Source: Octopus bimaculoides
Lineage: Eukaryota
DNA: 45,700 nt
Direction of reading: 5' to 3'
Assembly: GCF_001194135.2 (NCBI RefSeq)
Contig: NC_068983.1
Coordinates: forward strand, 162,224,140 to 162,269,839
The notes beneath the pieces are model-generated. The model worked only from the letters and a program-made list of their open reading frames with translations, was not told the origin of the DNA and searched no databases. A program made the translations under genes and the position numbers. Positions 14,822 through 26,707 of this stretch are shown here, in pieces. Each line of letters starts with the position of its first letter. Within the stretch, counting starts at the first letter, position 1.

Positions 14822-15463
14822 ACGCACATGCACATACATATATATATATATATATATACATATATACACACACATATATATATATATACACATACACATC
14901 TATAGATATATATACTGATAGATCGATGCATGCATACATAGATACATATATAGATAAATACATATACACACAAACACACGCGCTCACACGCACACNNNNN
15001 NNNNNNNNNNNNNNNNNNNNNNNNNNNNNNNNNNNNNNNNNNNNNNNNNNNNNNNNNNNNNNNNNNNNNNNNNNNNNNNNNNNNNNNNNNNNNNNNNNNN
15101 NNNNNNNNNNNNNNNNNNNNNNNNNNNNNNNNNNNNNNNNNNNNNNNNNNNNNNNNNNNNNNNNNNNNNNNNNNNNNNNNNNNNNNNNNNNNNNNNNNNN
15201 NNNNNNNNNNNNNNNNNNNNNNNNNNNNNNNNNNNNNNNNNNNNNNNNNNNNNNNNNNNNNNNNNNNNNNNNNNNNNNNNNNNNNNNNNNNNNNNNNNNN
15301 NNNNNNNNNNNNNNNNNNNNNNNNNNNNNNNNNNNNNNNNNNNNNNNNNNNNNNNNNNNNNNNNNNNNNNNNNNNNNNNNNNNNNNNNNNNNNNNNNNNN
15401 NNNNNNNNNNNNNNNNNNNNNNNNNNNNNNNNNNNNNNNNNNNNNNNNNNNNNNNNNNNNNNN

Positions 15464-15497
<34 letters not shown>

Positions 15498-15534
15498 TAA
15501 GAGAAAACGGATTCAGTAACACGTTTTATTGTAT

Positions 15535-15566
15535 AATACTACAAGTGTTTCATCGCTACTTCACCA
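15535..15566 (-). ncRNA. degenerate hammerhead-like remnant in a PLE-LTR-like repeat
   Basis: Minus strand GGTGAAG-tagcgat-GAA-ACACTTGT-A; near-palindromic helix III, but core and helix I are broken; the repeat ends at (TA)n. Confidence 0.3.
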
Positions 15567-16302
15567 ACAAATCATTTACAAAACATTAATATACAAGATA
15601 TAAAACAGCACAAATTTAAATTGCACAAAATGTATACCTCATGAATGTTCTATTATTAGAATTTCACAGTCAAAACAAAGAGCAAATGCCCCAAAATCAT
15701 TTAGCACCACCAGTCAGCAATTTTTCGAAGAGAGATACAAAATATCACCTAAATCTAAAAATAAGTAAAAAAAATAATAATAATAAGTGAACAGTTAGAA
15801 TAATGGGTAGAATTAACAAATAAAACTTTATCTTTTAACCCATCTCATGCCTGTATAGTTTCCACTTTAAGACTGCTAATGACACCGCTTCTCACATTCT
15901 CACACCATGATATGTCCTCTTTTACTGAAAGCTGTCATGTATCCAGACTCGATTTACAACAGGTCTGCTACAATTCAATAGTCTGAACCTTCGTTGATGT
16001 TTTAAAATTATTAAATAAAGCTAGTAAAATTGCACACATAAATATATTCACATAGATATACATACATATGCATCCATTCATACACATAGATACAGTATTA
16101 GTAAACTAGTATATGTGCATATTGACCTTTATATATGTATACACACATACACACATATATATACATACACATATATACATATATGTATATATGTATGTAG
16201 GCGATAGGTCGTTTCGCCCTGCCCTCTTAATATAATTATGTGTGTGTGTGTGTGTGTGTGTTTGTGTGTACATATTCTTATATAAAGGCCAATATACACA
16301 TA

Positions 16303-16379
<77 letters not shown>

Positions 16380-16415
16380 AGAGTGCTAGATAGCACCAGC
16401 ATTGCTAGAAATATA

Positions 16416-16467
<52 letters not shown>

Positions 16468-16584
16468 TTTTCTTTATGTTTGATTTTATGTTCAGTTATA
16501 TAAAAACAAGTTTATGCTAATCTGAAGGGTTACTCTATACTTTTGTAGAGTACAAATTTATTATTCCTAAATAAGAATATTATT

Positions 16585-16620
16585 GGAAGTGACTTCGAAG
16601 TTTCGGCCAGCTAACTCATC
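16585..16620 (-). ncRNA. partial hammerhead-like motif
   Basis: Minus strand GATGAG-ttag-CTGGCC-GAA-ACTTCGAAGT-C-ACTTCC; perfect 10-nt palindromic helix III and GUC triplet; 5' side of core and helix I missing. Confidence 0.45.
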
Positions 16621-16644
16621 GTATATTCACACATACATACGAAT

Positions 16645-16698
<54 letters not shown>

Positions 16699-16939
16699 TT
16701 GAAGAAATAATACTAACTCAGGTGAAATTAAGAATTAAGTGCTAACAAAAAGTTACTCTAAGAGTAAAGGATAAAAGGTTATGTATAGACATACATAGTT
16801 ATATATACATTACATATTCATGTCTTTACAGGAATATTTATATAAATATATACACACAAGTTATCAGATGGTTGCACAACTAAAATGTATACTTTTATAT
16901 ATAAACTAATGAATAAAATATTTTATATCAAGAGTTTTT

Positions 16940-17330
16940 CCATATTCCTTGAACGAATCTTTAATCCTGTGGTTACATCTGGTGACGATTTCAGCGTGTC
17001 TGTTAATAAGTTCGTCTCTGCACATTAGAATTCACAGGTTCTCTTCCAAATAAGAATTGCATAATTTAGAGTACGCATTGTATGGATACGCAGTTCTCAC
17101 TAGCCAGGACATGTTGTACTGCACCTTCTTTGCTCAGAGACTCCATATCAGGCCAGCGAGGGACATAATGTACCTTTTGTCGCTGTTCCAAAATGATGCA
17201 ACGTGATTACCCCATCGATATTTTTAAGTGATCGCTTGTTACATCTATATATGCATAAACTTTTGCTCTAGTCCTGACGTGCATCTGAACATAATGTTCT
17301 CACGTAGACACTCATGACGACGCCATTATT
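16940..17330 (-). mobile_element. Penelope-like element GIY-YIG endonuclease C-terminal remnant
   Basis: Minus strand YIDVTSDH/KYRWGNHVASFWNSDKRYIMSLAGLIWSL*AKKVQYNMSWLVRTAYPYNAYSKLCNSYLEENL*ILMCRDELINRHAEIVTRCNH; follows the PLE pattern YIG.T...FK.R..NH..SF ... W ... PYN..SK.C.LC..EK..I ... LLN.R.E...CRH. Confidence 0.8.
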
Positions 17331-17340
17331 AAGTATATCT

Positions 17341-17582
17341 TTTTATCTATTGTCTTTTACTTGTTTCAGTCATTAGACTGTGGCCATGCTGGAGTACCAG
17401 TTCGAAGAGCTTTTAGTTGAATGAATCTACCCCATTTCTTCTTTCAGTTTTCATCTACGAAATCCACTCGCAAGGCTTTGGTTAGCCCAAGGCTATAGTA
17501 GAAGACACTTGTCCAAAGTGCCACATAGTGGAACTGAACCCGGAACCTTGTGATTGCGAAGCAAGCTTCTTACCACACGGCC
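17341..17582 (-). mobile_element. SINE family B with internal deletion
   Basis: Tail ttttacttgtttcagtcatt..ccatgctggagtacc joined to CORE-like and tRNA-head parts (ggctatagtagaagacacttg..ctgaacccggaacc..cttaccacacggcca). Confidence 0.85.
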
Positions 17583-17786
17583 ATTATAGCTAATTTGCTT
17601 CTTTATATCCTATAACTCTAGCTGTATATTCTTATGATATTCATCATGCGAGCTGAATATCTCTTCACTCGCTGATAGCCATGATACCCTTATCTGTTAC
17701 ACCATTTAACACGGAATTCGGCACAAAGAGCAAAGCTTGGTTGGTACATCACATACTTGTCTCTATCCTGGGGCCGCAATACTTAA

Positions 17787-18330
17787 GCTGACGGGGTCAC
17801 GGTCAAAGGTGTCAGCCACAACGTTATCCGTTGGTTTGTCATTATATTTATGGCACAGCATGGACCGATGATTCGTATCGAAGTAGCCAAGCACGTTGGC
17901 TGGTTGAGTGGAGTCTCAAGAGACATACATGTTATAATGAGTCCTGACGATCAGAGAAACATACCAGAGCGTTGATCCGTCGAGGGTGCGGGAGTAAAGG
18001 CGAAGGGATTTGTAGTGCAAGGACGGTGGTCCAGTGGTTACATATGTGGTTGCAAGGAGCAGCAAAGGTTAAATAAAAAGGTAAGAGTAAAACAGCAGAA
18101 ACATCGGTGAAATCCAGAAAAGGCTGCAATTCTACGGTGGAAACCAACGAAGAGCAACACTCTGTCCAGAACGTCAGAAGCTGATCAAGTGACTTAGAAC
18201 CTCGGCTGTGACCAAATGTAGTAGCAAACAGGAGAGAGGAGGAGGATGAGGAGATTTTTTCACGGCAGCAACAACGGCAACGAGCCCCCAGTCTGCAGAG
18301 CAATACGGATCATAGTTTTGGAGATGGCGA
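17787..18330 (+). mobile_element. degenerate non-LTR retrotransposon ORF1 (L1/Tx1-like, zinc knuckle)
   Basis: ADGVTVKGVSHNVIRWFVIIFMAQHGPMIRIEVAKHVGWLSG..IMSPDDQRNIPER*SVEGAGVKAKGFVVQGRWSSGYICGCKEQ resembles the RRM + IP..L.+.G....V.GR...C..CG..GH layout of L1/Tx1 ORF1; may continue to ~19000. Confidence 0.5.
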
Positions 18331-18386
18331 AGGAAATCACGTGCTCTGTCACAAAAAATACTAATCACACACACACATACACACAT

Positions 18387-18428
<42 letters not shown>

Positions 18429-19304
18429 ATTTCACCACGTGCTCTATCCCCAAAAAATACAAATCATACACACACACACACACACAGACAATACACACAC
18501 GCAAACACACGAAGGAAATCACCATGTACTCTGTCCCAAAAACTACAAATCACATGCACACATGCATACATACACACACACACACATATACACACACATA
18601 CACATACACACACACACGTCTTACTACTAGAACCTGTTACGTCACTCGCATAGTTTGAGAAAAGTTGTGAATGAATAAAAGACGGAGAAGATTCTCAGAA
18701 AAAGAAGGGCACACCCCATCGAAGACAACCAAAAGGGGTTAGAAAAAGTTTTACTCAAGAAAACAGCGGAGGCGGCGGGAGTGACAAAAAGGACAAAGAT
18801 TAACAGATGTTCGAAAGACTAATCCGTGCCTCTCGCACAGAATGGCAAAACTGTGCATCTAAATGCGTTCATCGCAGAAGTATACAGAAATGAAGGAGTT
18901 TTAGTAAAAATATTTCACACACCATTATCATATATTGAAACAGGATCATCCAGAAGCCGAAGAATGTTCACGTTCACCTTTGAGCTCACCAGTCTCCAGT
19001 ATGAGCGATGACTGACAGGAAATGACGTGGCGTTCTCTAACTCCGCCTAAACAGTGGGTTTTTAACTACTGCGTAGATACACTACCCTAAAATGTCTTTC
19101 TCTTTGCACATTTTAAATAACATCGTTTTAATTATCATCTATGAATATTGTGCTTTCTTATTCTATGTCATAAGTCGGATGTTTTCCATAAACTTCTAAA
19201 ATGCGTCATTGCAGCTTTTATCCCTCACCTAAAACACACACACACTCATACACACACATATTTACAGATACATACACATTCACATAGTCTTTATTAGAGA
19301 TGCC

Positions 19305-19360
<56 letters not shown>

Positions 19361-19546
19361 TATAATCATAAATATACAGGGATTAGCATTGAGTTGCTTC
19401 TCCAACATACTGAGAATTCAGAAATAGCAGTCAAAGAACTACTGATTTTAAACTACAAATTTTTCTCTAAATGGATGGCGATATTTATGGCACACATAGA
19501 ACAAAAAACCGGAGGGGAAAGCATAAACAAAACAAGTCTTTAGTTA

Positions 19547-19610
19547 ATCGGATACGATCGTTTCATGGTTAAGAGAATGAAAAATCCCTATTCCAAATCA
19601 TCAGTCCGAT
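19547..19610 (-). ncRNA. minimal type-I hammerhead ribozyme motif (PLE-type), core intact
   Basis: Minus strand ATCGGA-CTGATGA-[33-nt imperfect helix II]-GAA-ACGATCGT-A-TCCGAT: 6-bp helix I, canonical core, palindromic helix III, GUA site. Confidence 0.8.
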
Positions 19611-19673
19611 ATTCTGATAAATTTGAAAGTGTCTCTAAAAAAATTCACGGTAATTCTTGTATATACATATAAT

Positions 19674-19752
<79 letters not shown>

Positions 19753-19769
19753 CATTATATACATACATA

Positions 19770-19870
19770 TAGTCTTTATCAAAAATGCCACATTACACCT
19801 GTTTCAAACAAGTGGCTGTAACAAATGTGATTGAAACAGCTGTAGTGCGGTGTCTCTAATAAAGATTAGA
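19770..19870. repeat. head-to-head inverted pair of hammerhead 3' halves (PLE-LTR-like)
   Basis: Plus 19831: ttGAA-ACAGCTGT-A-gtgcggtgtctctaataaagatta; minus from 19807: ttGAA-ACAGGTGT-A-atgtggcatttttgataaagacta; 23-nt spacer. Confidence 0.6.
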
Positions 19871-20582
19871 ATAACTTCGCACTGAGTACCACCTTCAAAG
19901 AAGTTTTCTTCGTTTTACTCTTAATAACGAAGAATGCATAACATATACCAACAACTGCTTGGCTGTTTCCTGTTAATCCGGCATATATCTTGTCTATTAG
20001 CCTGCTTTATTTTGTAGTTTGGATCTGTAAATTATGCCCCTGGCCAAACAATTATCATTAAGAGAGCAGTTACTGAGATCCATGCGATTACAAATTGAGG
20101 TTGTTCATTCTTGTTCGTTTCAGATAGCTTTTTTTAACATTAAATTGCTTAACCGATGAAGCAATTTTTTTACAGCATGAGTAGCTAACCTTCAAGGTTT
20201 TTCTATCGAAGGTCTTACGATACCTGTAAGTCCTATGAAAGTATCTAGATACAAAATTTAAGAATATTCTAGCCTCCTTTTAAATTACACACACACATGC
20301 ACACACTCCTTTTAAATCACATACACACACATACACACACACATGCTCGCGCGCGCGCGCACAATCCACTCCTCATCTCTTCCTAAAACCTTCACTCATA
20401 TTAGAGATTCAACACATACACACACACACACACACACACACCGTGAAACTAATGTCTAACTTATAAACGTTCTCTCTCTTTCTCTCTCTCGCTCTCTTTC
20501 CTTTTCTCTCTCTTGCACTCTTTCTCTGTCTCTCTCTCTTTCTCTCTCTCGCTCTCTTTCACTTTCTCTCTCTTGCACTCTT

Positions 20583-20630
<48 letters not shown>

Positions 20631-20665
20631 CTTCTCTCTCTTTCTCTCTCTTGTTCGGTCTCTCT

Positions 20666-20698
<33 letters not shown>

Positions 20699-20806
20699 AC
20701 GTACCGTGAAACTAAAGTCTAACCTCCAAGAGTTCTCTCTTTCTCTCTCTCTTTCTCTCTTTCACTCTCTTTCACTTTCTCTCTCTTGCACTCTTTCTCT
20801 CTCTCG

Positions 20807-20855
<49 letters not shown>

Positions 20856-20876
20856 GCACACACACACACACACACA

Positions 20877-21311
20877 CTTTCACTTTCTCTTTCGAACTTT
20901 TTAATCTCTTGCATTTTTATATTATTTTTATATTGCTTTTCCTAAAAAAAAGCTTATATGTTTTAAAGCTGTCAATTCACATCTACCAGTGTTAACAATG
21001 CATTAATGTTTATTCATTTCATAAGACAACTANNNNNNNNNNNNNNNNNNNNNNNNNNNNNNNNNNNNNNNNNNNNNNNNNNNNNNNNNNNNNNNNNNNN
21101 NNNNNNNNNNNNNNNNNNNNNNNNNNNNNNNNNNNNNNNNNNNNNNNNNNNNNNNNNNNNNNNNNNNNNNNNNNNNNNNNNNNAATGCATTGTTAACACT
21201 AGTAGATGTGAATTGACAGCTTTAAAACATATAAGCTTTTTTTTAGGAAAAGCAATATAAAAATAATATAAAAATGCAAGAGATTAAAAAGTTCGAAAGA
21301 GAAAGTGAAAG
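20877..21311. repeat. ~128-bp near-perfect inverted repeat around an N-gap
   Basis: 20877-21004 is the reverse complement of 21185-21311 with one substitution seen; may be an assembly artefact. Confidence 0.7.
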
Positions 21312-21405
21312 TGTGTGTGTGTGTGTGTGTGTGCGTGTGTGTGTATGTGTGTGTGTGTATGCGTGTGTGTGTATGCGTGTGTGTGTATGTATATGTATGT
21401 ATGTA

Positions 21406-21757
21406 TGAGGTGGTCTCAAAAAGTTCCCGGACTAGTTCTGCCAACAGATGGCAGCACACGGTTGACTGCACAGTGAGAGCTAGCAATGATCTTCATGGAG
21501 CAGTGTGCCGTGTGACATAGCTGTGTTTACTTCACAAGTTTTGAAATTTGTACTTTTGTGGTCACATGCATGCTGTAGTTTGCGATTTTTGTCATGGGAC
21601 AAAGAGCCAACGTGAAATTTTGCGTTAAACTTGGGAAGTCTGCTGCAGAAACATTGAGCATGCTTCGGCAAGCTTACAGCGATGAGGCAATGGATCGTAC
21701 GCAATGTTTCCAGCGGTAGAGGGCGCTTTAAAAGCGGAAGAACGTCCCTGGAAGACC
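21406..21757 (+). mobile_element. mariner transposon 5' end (TIR + transposase HTH fragment)
   Basis: TA-(t)gaggtggtctcaaaaagttcccggact terminus; ATG 21594 MGQRANVKFCVKLGKSAAETLSMLRQAYSDEAMDRTQCF, then a frameshift, then GRFKSGRTSLED. Confidence 0.9.
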
Positions 21758-21780
21758 TACCACAGGCATTACACCCGGGA

Positions 21781-22065
21781 TTGCGTGGCTGTGTGGTAAG
21801 TAGCTTGCTTACCAGCCACATGGTCCCGGGTTCAGTCCCACTGCGTGGCACCTTGGGCAAGTGTCTTCTACTATAGCCTCGGGCCGACTAAAGCCTTGTG
21901 AGTGGATTTGGTAGACGGAAACTGAAAGAAGCCCGTCGTATATATGTATATATATATGTATGTGTGTATGTGTTTGTGTGTATGTGTTTGTGTGTCTGTG
22001 TTTGTCCCCCAACATCGCTTGACAACCGATGTTGGTGTGTTTATGTCCCCGTAACTTAGCAGTTC
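21781..22065 (+). mobile_element. SINE family B, 5' part to gap
   Basis: gcgtggctgtgtggtaagtagcttgc..gggttcagtccca..accttgggcaagtgtcttctactatagcc..gaagcccgtcg + internal (TA/TG)n. Confidence 0.9.
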
Positions 22066-24631
22066 NNNNNNNNNNNNNNNNNNNNNNNNNNNNNNNNNNN
22101 NNNNNNNNNNNNNNNNNNNNNNNNNNNNNNNNNNNNNNNNNNNNNNNNNNNNNNNNNNNNNNNNNNNNNNNNNNNNNNNNNNNNNNNNNNNNNNNNNNNN
22201 NNNNNNNNNNNNNNNNNNNNNNNNNNNNNNNNNNNNNNNNNNNNNNNNNNNNNNNNNNNNNNNNNNNNNNNNNNNNNNNNNNNNNNNNNNNNNNNNNNNN
22301 NNNNNNNNNNNNNNNNNNNNNNNNNNNNNNNNNNNNNNNNNNNNNNNNNNNNNNNNNNNNNNNNNNNNNNNNNNNNNNNNNNNNNNNNNNNNNNNNNNNN
22401 NNNNNNNNNNNNNNNNNNNNNNNNNNNNNNNNNNNNNNNNNNNNNNNNNNNNNNNNNNNNNNNNNNNNNNNNNNNNNNNNNNNNNNNNNNNNNNNNNNNN
22501 NNNNNNNNNNNNNNNNNNNNNNNNNNNNNNNNNNNNNNNNNNNNNNNNNNNNNNNNNNAGAAGAAGAAGAAGAAGAAGAAGAAGAAGAAGAAGAAGAAGA
22601 AGAAGAAGAACAACAACAACAACAACAACAACAACGACGACGACGACGACACCAACACCGACAACAAAGGAGGAGGAGGAGGAGGTCTTTATTTTCGCTT
22701 GATATAAACCGACATCCATAACTGCTTTCGGAAAAATTACATTATACCAAGTTTACTTGTTGCGTTCTTCTTGCTTTGTCATTTTGTCACACACAAAAAA
22801 AAGAAAGAATGAAGATTTGTGCTCTCGCGTCATTGCGTTTGAATGAAGACAAGACTTCTTTCTCGGATTTTGTTTTTCTTTTTTACCTATATATCTCTAC
22901 AAACATTATTTCCCGTTCACTCACAATGGTTAATCCGGGTGAATAGGAGGAATAGTCACAATGACGACTTCAAAAGAAAAACTGGAAATAAAAAGAGTTT
23001 TTAAAAACAATTAAATGAAAAAAACTGAAGAAAAATGCAAATATTTATACTTTGACAAATTGAACAGATATTCTTTAGCAAGCGCAAATTATAACTACCA
23101 AAACAGAAACAGCAACATCAGCAGCATAGCTTTTGCTAGGGTTGCAAGCCAAGGGGAATCTCTTGATATGGTTTAGGTCCTGAAATAAAAATGTAGATGA
23201 GATATGTCACAAAACATTTCGTCTCTTTTCTCAACGAATACATCGATAAAAAGGGGAAGAATGTGACATCTATTTCTAAAAAGGTTGCGTTTCCTAGATA
23301 CATTGTGGAAACTTGTAGCAAAATGAAAGAGAGCGAGAATTAATAGAGATTGGACAGGAAAAGAAGAATCTCCCAAGATGGGCCATGCGATTATCTGAAA
23401 AGTAGTTTGACTTCTGAGGGAAGATTATCGATGGTTAGAGTTGCCTAAGGGAAAGGAAAACCATTTCGTCCTGGAATAGAAAGAATTTGAGATTTTCCTC
23501 CATATAACCATAATCGAATTTTAAGGTCCACCAAGGCTAAGTCCTTGGCCCACTCCTAATTATTATAGTTTCCCATGCTATAATAGAGGAGTTTAAAATT
23601 GGCTGCTGATGGGAACTCCACTCATAGCTGGATGTAAAGTTAGATGTTAGCAGAGAGAAGACTACGCAGGTACCGGCATGGGATGGGTTTAGAGGATGAC
23701 AGCCGTATCAAGAGGTGTAGGGCACCCAAAACTGATGGAACCTCAGGAAGAAGCGATGATAATTAATTTGAGGATGAAGTGTCACAGTGGAAATAAAAAA
23801 AGGACCGAAATGATTGACCCACAGTGCAAGAAGGGCGAAATGTAAGTTAAAAATAATAGAGGTGGTTGTGGGGGGTGAGCATCTGTATTTGGGTCTCTAA
23901 CTTAATAGTCCAAGTTAAGTCAACGTTTGAAACTTCTCCTATTTCTTGATAGCCTCGTATATTTCTCTATCTGTATCTCTCTTTCCCTATCTGTTTGTCT
24001 CTCTCTTTCTCTCTCCGTCTCTCCTTCTCTCTCCCCACCTATTTCTCTCTCTCTCCTATTCACCATAACGAAGAATAGTATTGGACCTGTCTATAGCCAC
24101 TCCCTCTACCACCATCCTTATCACTGTATCTCACCATAAAACGTAGATACACATGTATAACACGTATATGTGTACATACACACATACACATATATATGTG
24201 TGTCTGTATTCTTTCCTCTTGTTTCTTTTTCCTTTTTATTCCCTCTAATCAAGCCTCCAGAAATTCACCACACTCATACAAAACACACACACCCACACAT
24301 ACATACATACATACATACATACATACATACATACATACATACATACATACACGCATTTATACACACACACACATATATATATACGCACACTCACATATAA
24401 ATCCAAAATAATAAAAGAACATTCTCTCCATTCAACTCAAGGTAATTTCAACTAACGTACATATATATATAAAAGACATAACTTTTCTGATGATTTTCTG
24501 AAACTAGATGAAAGAGCTATCCAAAATTATCCAAAATTATCCCCAATCCTGACTTTTCCCCTTTTTTTTATTGTATAAAACCTCTACTTCAAACAATCTA
24601 TACATATACATACACATATGTGTGTGTATAC

Positions 24632-24800
24632 GTGGTGCAGTAGTGGAAGTGAAAGAGTGACAGACAATCATTCTTTGCGTCATTGTCTTTGAGTTCGAGT
24701 CCCGCCGTGATTATCTTCATTTTCATTCCTCTAGATTTATCTACTGAATGGGATGATTGGAGGGAAACTTGGCTGCTATTTCTAATAAATCAAGCAACCA
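24632..24800 (+). mobile_element. diverged tRNA-derived SINE (third family)
   Basis: ggtgcagtagtgg (A-box-like), gagttcgagtccc (B-box), then a degenerate central domain and gagggaaacttggctgctatttcta. Confidence 0.6.
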
Positions 24801-25023
24801 AATAGACGCTTCTGCGGTAACTCATTATTTTGTTTTGTATATTATCATGGAGATGTCCAAGACTTTGAATAACTTTTTATTATTATTATTATTATTTTTC
24901 AGCGGGAAGCTGCAAACTGATGCATTGAGAATAATGTTACCGAAACTGGTGTAATTTTTAATATTAACCGGAACCGAGGTTGTGAGAAATAAAATAACAA
25001 ACAACGAGAAATACGAAGAAGAT

Positions 25024-25512
25024 ATGGGATCGGTCATTAGCAAAAATGGTTTTTCAGCCCTTAGTTCCCAAACTAATAAACTTGACTCTAGAGAACCGTT
25101 GAACGAATCGAAATCTGATATGAAGTCCTCGAATAATTCAGAAAACGATGTCGTTTCTGGTAACACTTGGGACTATGGGACTTGTTTTACATCTTGGTCT
25201 GATGACGTCACTTATAAATACCTGGATGATATTCTGTGTGACGACTTGGAGTATAATATAGTTCCAGGATTTAATAGCTACTCGCAGACAAACGCAGATC
25301 TTTGTTCCGACCTTGAAGATAGTTGTGAAAATATTCCTTCGTCCAATTCAGCATCGGAGAAACAAAAACTTAAATCGACCTCAGATTCAACCAATTCCTG
25401 TCTTGAAGAACAACACCGGCGAGACTCTGAGGATAATTCATTTTTAGATCTTGAAAACCAAATTCTCCAGGAATATAACGATGCCAAAGGAACACGGCCA
25501 TTACTTTCAGAG
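25024..25512 (+). CDS. candidate first coding exon of an unknown acidic/Ser-rich protein (163 codons)
   Basis: Stop-free non-repetitive frame in AT-rich surroundings; starts MGSVISK; ends at a phase-0 donor-like GAG|gtaaat (25513). A possible acceptor at 25578 would add VQILGVEK*. No family recognised. Confidence 0.45.
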
Positions 25513-26103
25513 GTAAATATCATTGAACTGCTTTTTTTTTTTTAATATTTGTCCATTTTAACGTTAATTCTTTAAAAGGTGCAAATACTCGGAGTAGAAA
25601 AGTAATGCAGATGAAGATGTTTTGCATTACTCCTCGCCTCTAAAGCACCAAAACTTTCTTGCAGTTTATATTATTAAGCAAATGATGAGAATGTCTTATA
25701 GAGTGATGGTCACTTAGTCGTAAATATTTCATTATCATTTGATTTGCTATTTATTTCTAGCACAAAAGTAAGGCACTTAAAATTTATGGTGGTGACCAGA
25801 GAAGCAATGAAATTCCAGTTGTAAATTGGAATACAAGACTTTAGAATTGGTAACCAATACCACGCCTATTCCTGTATTACTTCTAAACTTGATACAACCA
25901 AGATTCGAAACCAGTTTGCTGGTTTGGCGCGTTTTAGTGGTTTACTTTTAATTATACTGCGATGTTTATCACGTGATTAACCATTGTGAAGGTACGTAGC
26001 TTGGTGGCTTCTAGACGGGTTACTTTCGCTACTGATATAAAAACCAGATCCCTTTTGAGATAGGTTATAGATAAGTGACTGCAAGAAGAAATAGACACAG
26101 AGA

Positions 26104-26190
<87 letters not shown>

Positions 26191-26707
26191 ATGAGTGAAG
26201 GACAGAATGATAAAAGATAGTAGAAAGAAGTATGTAAATATGAATAAAATAGTTTGTTGTTTTTAAATAAGTAAAAGATTTACTTTTAAATAGATGATCG
26301 AATAAATAAATCAAAATAGGAAAGGAAAGAGATCAAAATACTTTATTGCTGAAAGAAATTTGGGATTAGATATTTCAAAATACCAATTGAAATTGATTTT
26401 TATAACATTTAACACATTCTGTGGTTATTATAAAGATTTGTGAATTAATCATTCGAGGGTTTATACAAAGTTATCAATGGCTACTGATGAGGTTGTGTTC
26501 GGCCGGGACACAAGAAATCTTTTCTGGACTTATACCGATTCTTCCATCCAATGCGCTCTAATAAGATGAATTCTAATATTGGTACGGTGCCGTAATGAAT
26601 TTAGTGATGGGGGGTGATGGTAGTGTTGAACAGACGAGTTGTAAAATTTTCGACGCGCCATAAAAAAATATATATTTGCCAGTTTTATTTCCTGAATGTT
26701 AACAATA

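Noticed and set aside
17950-18090. Alternative frame resembling a Gypsy gag double zinc knuckle
   Set aside because: Cys/His positions are mostly absent; the other frame gives a more coherent L1/Tx1-like ORF1.
20877-21311. Fold-back element suggested by 128-bp inverted arms
   Set aside because: Arms are almost identical, include the mirrored (CA)n/(TG)n and straddle an N-gap, so an assembly mirror is likely; needs long reads.
25985-26060. Frame containing RRVTF (PP1-docking-like) downstream of the candidate exon
   Set aside because: Short frame with no supported acceptor or link to the 25024 ORF; the motif is too short to be significant.
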